Virus record (IMG/VR): IMGVR_UViG_3300005611_000021
Location: 743-64,742 of that record
Origin: a virus
Lineage: Duplodnaviria; Caudoviricetes
DNA length: 64,000 bases
Reading direction: 5' to 3' (one strand)
In this document: positions 61,264 through 64,000 of the stretch, piece after piece
Numbering within the stretch: position 1 is the stretch's first letter
How the letters are laid out: the number at the start of each line of letters is the position of its first letter
Program-made: the position numbers and the translations under genes
Notes under the pieces: model-generated
Databases searched by the model: none
Seen by the model: the letters and a program-made list of their open reading frames with translations, nothing else
What the model was told of the DNA's origin: nothing

Positions 61264-61689
61264 ATGATAGTACAGTTCAAAAAACTCCATCCGAAAGCTC
61301 AAGCCCCTGTCAAACAACACGACCGGGATGCTGGCTTCGATATTCATTGCCTTGGCAAAGAGTATGCCAAGCTCGACAAGCTTCAGGTCGTCGTGAAGAC
61401 AGGCTTGGCCGTCGACATCCCTGAAGGTTATGTTGGCCTCCTCTTCCCTCGTAGCTCCATTTCCCGCACGGATATGAGTCTATCCAATTCCGTTGGTGTC
61501 ATTGATTCCGGGTATCATGGGGAAATCCTGGGCAAATTCAATTACCATGGCCCGGATCACTATGATGAAGGGGATCGCTGCCTTCAGCTCATCATTATGC
61601 CAATTCCATCCATCAACTTCCAAGAGGTTGAAGAATTCGAGAGTGATAGCGAGAGGGGAATCAAAGGCCACGGATCAACTGGTAAATGA
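61264..61689 (+). CDS. dut: dUTPase (trimeric)
   Basis: AGFDI, FPRSS, GVIDSGYHGE, CLQL, RGIKGHGSTG. Confidence 0.95.
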   Translation: MIVQFKKLHPKAQAPVKQHDRDAGFDIHCLGKEYAKLDKLQVVVKTGLAVDIPEGYVGLLFPRSSISRTDMSLSNSVGVIDSGYHGEILGKFNYHGPDHYDEGDRCLQLIIMPIPSINFQEVEEFESDSERGIKGHGSTGK

Positions 61690-61967
61690 TTCCAATCAGG
61701 CCCTTTCCTAAAGTCTGGCCTGCATCTGAATACTTAGATACCCATCGAGTCACCAAGAACTACTCAGACGGAACCATTTTATTCCGGATGAGGATGGGTA
61801 TTTCCTTCATAACAACTGGATCTCTCCTCGTTCTGAAGGAAATACAAAGAAATGGAGATGTTTTCATTTCTTGTGTGAAGGTCATCAGGATTGTTGAGAT
61901 ACAAGAGACCGCGGCCGTGAAGTGTGAGCCTGCTCAATACTTCCCCTGGATGGAGGAATTGCTATGA
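61686..61967 (+). CDS. Small protein with MIPIR tag
   Basis: 93 aa; ATGA-coupled to dut. Confidence 0.75.
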   Translation: MIPIRPFPKVWPASEYLDTHRVTKNYSDGTILFRMRMGISFITTGSLLVLKEIQRNGDVFISCVKVIRIVEIQETAAVKCEPAQYFPWMEELL

Positions 61968-62056
61968 GCATACCCGTAAGACGCAAACGTAAGATCCCTA
62001 TCGTCATCCTTAGTGAAGCGATCAAGAGAGGAACAACAAAGAGAGGAATGACATGA
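61964..62056 (+). CDS. 30-aa peptide with MSIPVR tag (not in ORF track)
   Basis: MSIPVRRKRKIPIVILSEAIKRGTTKRGMT; ATGA overlaps at both ends. Confidence 0.65.
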   Translation: MSIPVRRKRKIPIVILSEAIKRGTTKRGMT

Positions 62057-62352
62057 TACCTGTACGAAGTAAGAGATTCAGGCCATTACGCCTCAAGATG
62101 CGGGACAATGCCAAGCTTGTCGCTCAAGCTAAACAGGAGGAAATTTCTCGCCCTCAACGCTTTGAAGTCGATTGCAGTAGTAAGAACATCTATCTCTCAT
62201 ACCACCCTGGCTATGGACAAGTAATCAAATACAACCATCCAAACGCACGGGAGGGGGATCGCTGCATCTTCAAATGGGTGAACCTGCATCCGGGTGTTGG
62301 GACATATTATGGGGTTTACTTAGGTAAAGGATTGTGGAGGGCAAGGTCATGA
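62053..62352 (+). CDS. Small protein with MIPVR tag
   Basis: 99 aa; ATGA-coupled. Confidence 0.75.
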   Translation: MIPVRSKRFRPLRLKMRDNAKLVAQAKQEEISRPQRFEVDCSSKNIYLSYHPGYGQVIKYNHPNAREGDRCIFKWVNLHPGVGTYYGVYLGKGLWRARS

Positions 62353-62657
62353 TCGAATACAAAGTGGATAAAGTCTTCCGGGATCTCATAGGCACGAAAG
62401 CCTGGACCATGGTAGATACCTCAAAAATCGAAGCTGCGAGTGCTGAAGGGTGCGAGTTATGTATAACTCATGTGAATTCCCTTGGGATGGTCGTTGGCCG
62501 TCAAACCATTGAGCCTGAAGAGGTAGATGACCTACCCCGCAATCAGGCCGTGATGCTCGGGAATAAGCATTTCACCTTCGTAGACTGGGAGGAAGATACC
62601 GATCGGAAGCATCGGCTTCATGGATGTAAACAAGACACGTTCTTTGATGAGTATTGA
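62349..62657 (+). CDS. Hypothetical protein (untagged)
   Basis: Probable start MIEYK; ATGA-coupled. Confidence 0.65.
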   Translation: MIEYKVDKVFRDLIGTKAWTMVDTSKIEAASAEGCELCITHVNSLGMVVGRQTIEPEEVDDLPRNQAVMLGNKHFTFVDWEEDTDRKHRLHGCKQDTFFDEY

Positions 62658-62899
62658 TGAGCATTCCTGTCCGAGCATGTATGCTTGATGTGTATTGCAT
62701 CTGCCACCTTAATGAGGATGATGAGCTCATTCGCCCTGTTGAATACATCAAGACCGATGAATACGAATGCAGTGATGAGGATGCTAAGTTGATCGCTCAG
62801 GGTTTGATGACCATTGAGTATGAGAGGATGTCACCATTCGACTATTACCCGGATTACCTTGAGTTCCTTGTGAATGGCCTGGAGGCGATGTGGTCATGA
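62657..62899 (+). CDS. Small acidic protein with MSIPVR tag
   Basis: TGATG overlap. Confidence 0.75.
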   Translation: MSIPVRACMLDVYCICHLNEDDELIRPVEYIKTDEYECSDEDAKLIAQGLMTIEYERMSPFDYYPDYLEFLVNGLEAMWS

Positions 62900-63141
62900 G
62901 TATTCCTGTTGTAAAGTTCACTCGGTTTATTGAGTTCAATGAGGTAGTCTATGTGAAGCCTCTCGACACATGGGGGTTTATGGATCGGGTAAAGACCACA
63001 CCATACGGGCTTAGGGTGTATCGGGTGCGCTTCCTCTATCGCTCTCCTCAATGGTTTTGTCGCATACAGCTCCAGGTGAGAGAAGAGTGTAAGGATGAGG
63101 GCACATTACGTTGGTTTAATAACTTCGATACGAGACGATGA
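62896..63141 (+). CDS. Small protein with MSIPVV tag, SH3-like
   Basis: ATGA overlap; VYVKPLDTWG...YRVRF...WF similar to the next gene. Confidence 0.75.
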   Translation: MSIPVVKFTRFIEFNEVVYVKPLDTWGFMDRVKTTPYGLRVYRVRFLYRSPQWFCRIQLQVREECKDEGTLRWFNNFDTRR

Positions 63142-63383
63142 GCATCCCTGTCCGTACATCGCCACGTCTTCGTCCACGCCTCTCGCTTGGTCAGGCCGTG
63201 TATGCCCATGACTTTGACGCTTATGGGATTGTGGATGGCACAAAGATGAGTCCAGTCAGGCGAGGGGTCAGACTGTACCGGGTGCGCTTCAAGTATGAGC
63301 ATCACTGGTTTACACGTAACCAGATCCAAACCAAGGATGAGCATCACCGATCAACGGCAAATGATGATGGCTATGGAGAATAG
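63138..63383 (+). CDS. Small protein with MSIPVR tag, SH3/KOW-like
   Basis: LGQAVYAHDFDAYGIVDG...YRVRF...WF. Confidence 0.8.
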   Translation: MSIPVRTSPRLRPRLSLGQAVYAHDFDAYGIVDGTKMSPVRRGVRLYRVRFKYEHHWFTRNQIQTKDEHHRSTANDDGYGE

Positions 63384-63404
63384 GGCGTTGGCCATGGATA
63401 AGGT

Positions 63405-63671
63405 ATGAGCATTCCTGTCCGCATGAGAGCCACGATACTTCACGATTATGATGTGGAGCCTAAGGTGCATAGATGGTCCATAGCGACCAATTCTGATGGT
63501 CAAAAGTGGCTCGCTCTCATCATGGATAAACAGCCTTGGCATAATGCTAAAGGGCATCGCTTACGCTTCTGCACTCTAGCACATGACCTTATGTGTAAGT
63601 ATGAATACTTCAGTGTGTACTTAGGTCAAGGTGATGGCCTCTATAAGTATGTCTTTCGGGTATGGCGTTGA
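63405..63671 (+). CDS. Small protein with MSIPVR tag
   Basis: 88 aa. Confidence 0.75.
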   Translation: MSIPVRMRATILHDYDVEPKVHRWSIATNSDGQKWLALIMDKQPWHNAKGHRLRFCTLAHDLMCKYEYFSVYLGQGDGLYKYVFRVWR

Positions 63672-63714
63672 AACCTTGCCGCCGCGCGAGCCTGTTGACA
63701 CCAGGGCGGAGAGT

Positions 63715-63912
63715 GTGAAGCAGTCAGAGTATAACGAAAAACGGAGCGAACTGTTGTGCGAACTGGTAGAATGTAAAGCTCATCATAGCCGGATTGAGAT
63801 GGAGTTACAGGAGCTCAACCATGCCCGTAAGGTGGCCGTTCACCGCGAGAAGTATGGGAACACACCCAAATCTAAGACAAGCTCCAAGAGGCGAAGAGAG
63901 CGAGATGACTGA
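63715..63912 (+). CDS. Small coiled-coil protein (start uncertain)
   Basis: In-frame GTG 21 nt after GTTGACA at 63694. Confidence 0.45.
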   Translation: MKQSEYNEKRSELLCELVECKAHHSRIEMELQELNHARKVAVHREKYGNTPKSKTSSKRRRERDD

Positions 63913-64000
63913 TTCACTCTGCGGGAAACTGCGCATTGAGCAAAGCTCAACCTGCAAGGAATCTATTAGAGGGGTGGGGAAGAGTCGAAGGTCATGCCAC

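Overview
This window is most of a large tailed-phage genome (siphovirus-like, lambda-type packaging). No host genes, rRNA, tRNA, CRISPR array or integrase were recognisable. A minus-strand arm (17.9 kb down to 2.76 kb) holds many small early-type genes, a PAPS-reductase-family protein, a beta-clamp-like protein, a minimal ATP-dependent ligase domain and a MoxR-AAA/HExxH/VWA trio. The plus-strand arm from 18.2 kb holds TerS, an inverted TerL block, a gpW-like gene, portal, many very basic Gly-zipper proteins, three capsid-cement paralogues, protease/scaffold, major capsid, tail genes with a 1271-aa tape measure protein, a six-gene glycan-modification cluster, recombination/replication genes, a C5 methyltransferase written in two overlapping frames, dUTPase and more small genes. 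No endolysin was recognised. Four unexplained genome-wide patterns stand out. (1) At least 18 otherwise unrelated small proteins begin M(S)IP[VI][RK] with freely varying synonymous codons. (2) About ten basic Gly-zipper proteins and the portal share an (L/I)EF-type segment. (3) GTTGAC(A/T) sits 20-23 nt before the start codon of eight late-type genes, including a scaffold start nested in the protease gene. (4) Three capsid-region proteins share the N-terminus MNHNNVISLP. All family names are recognised by eye from motifs, not from database searches.
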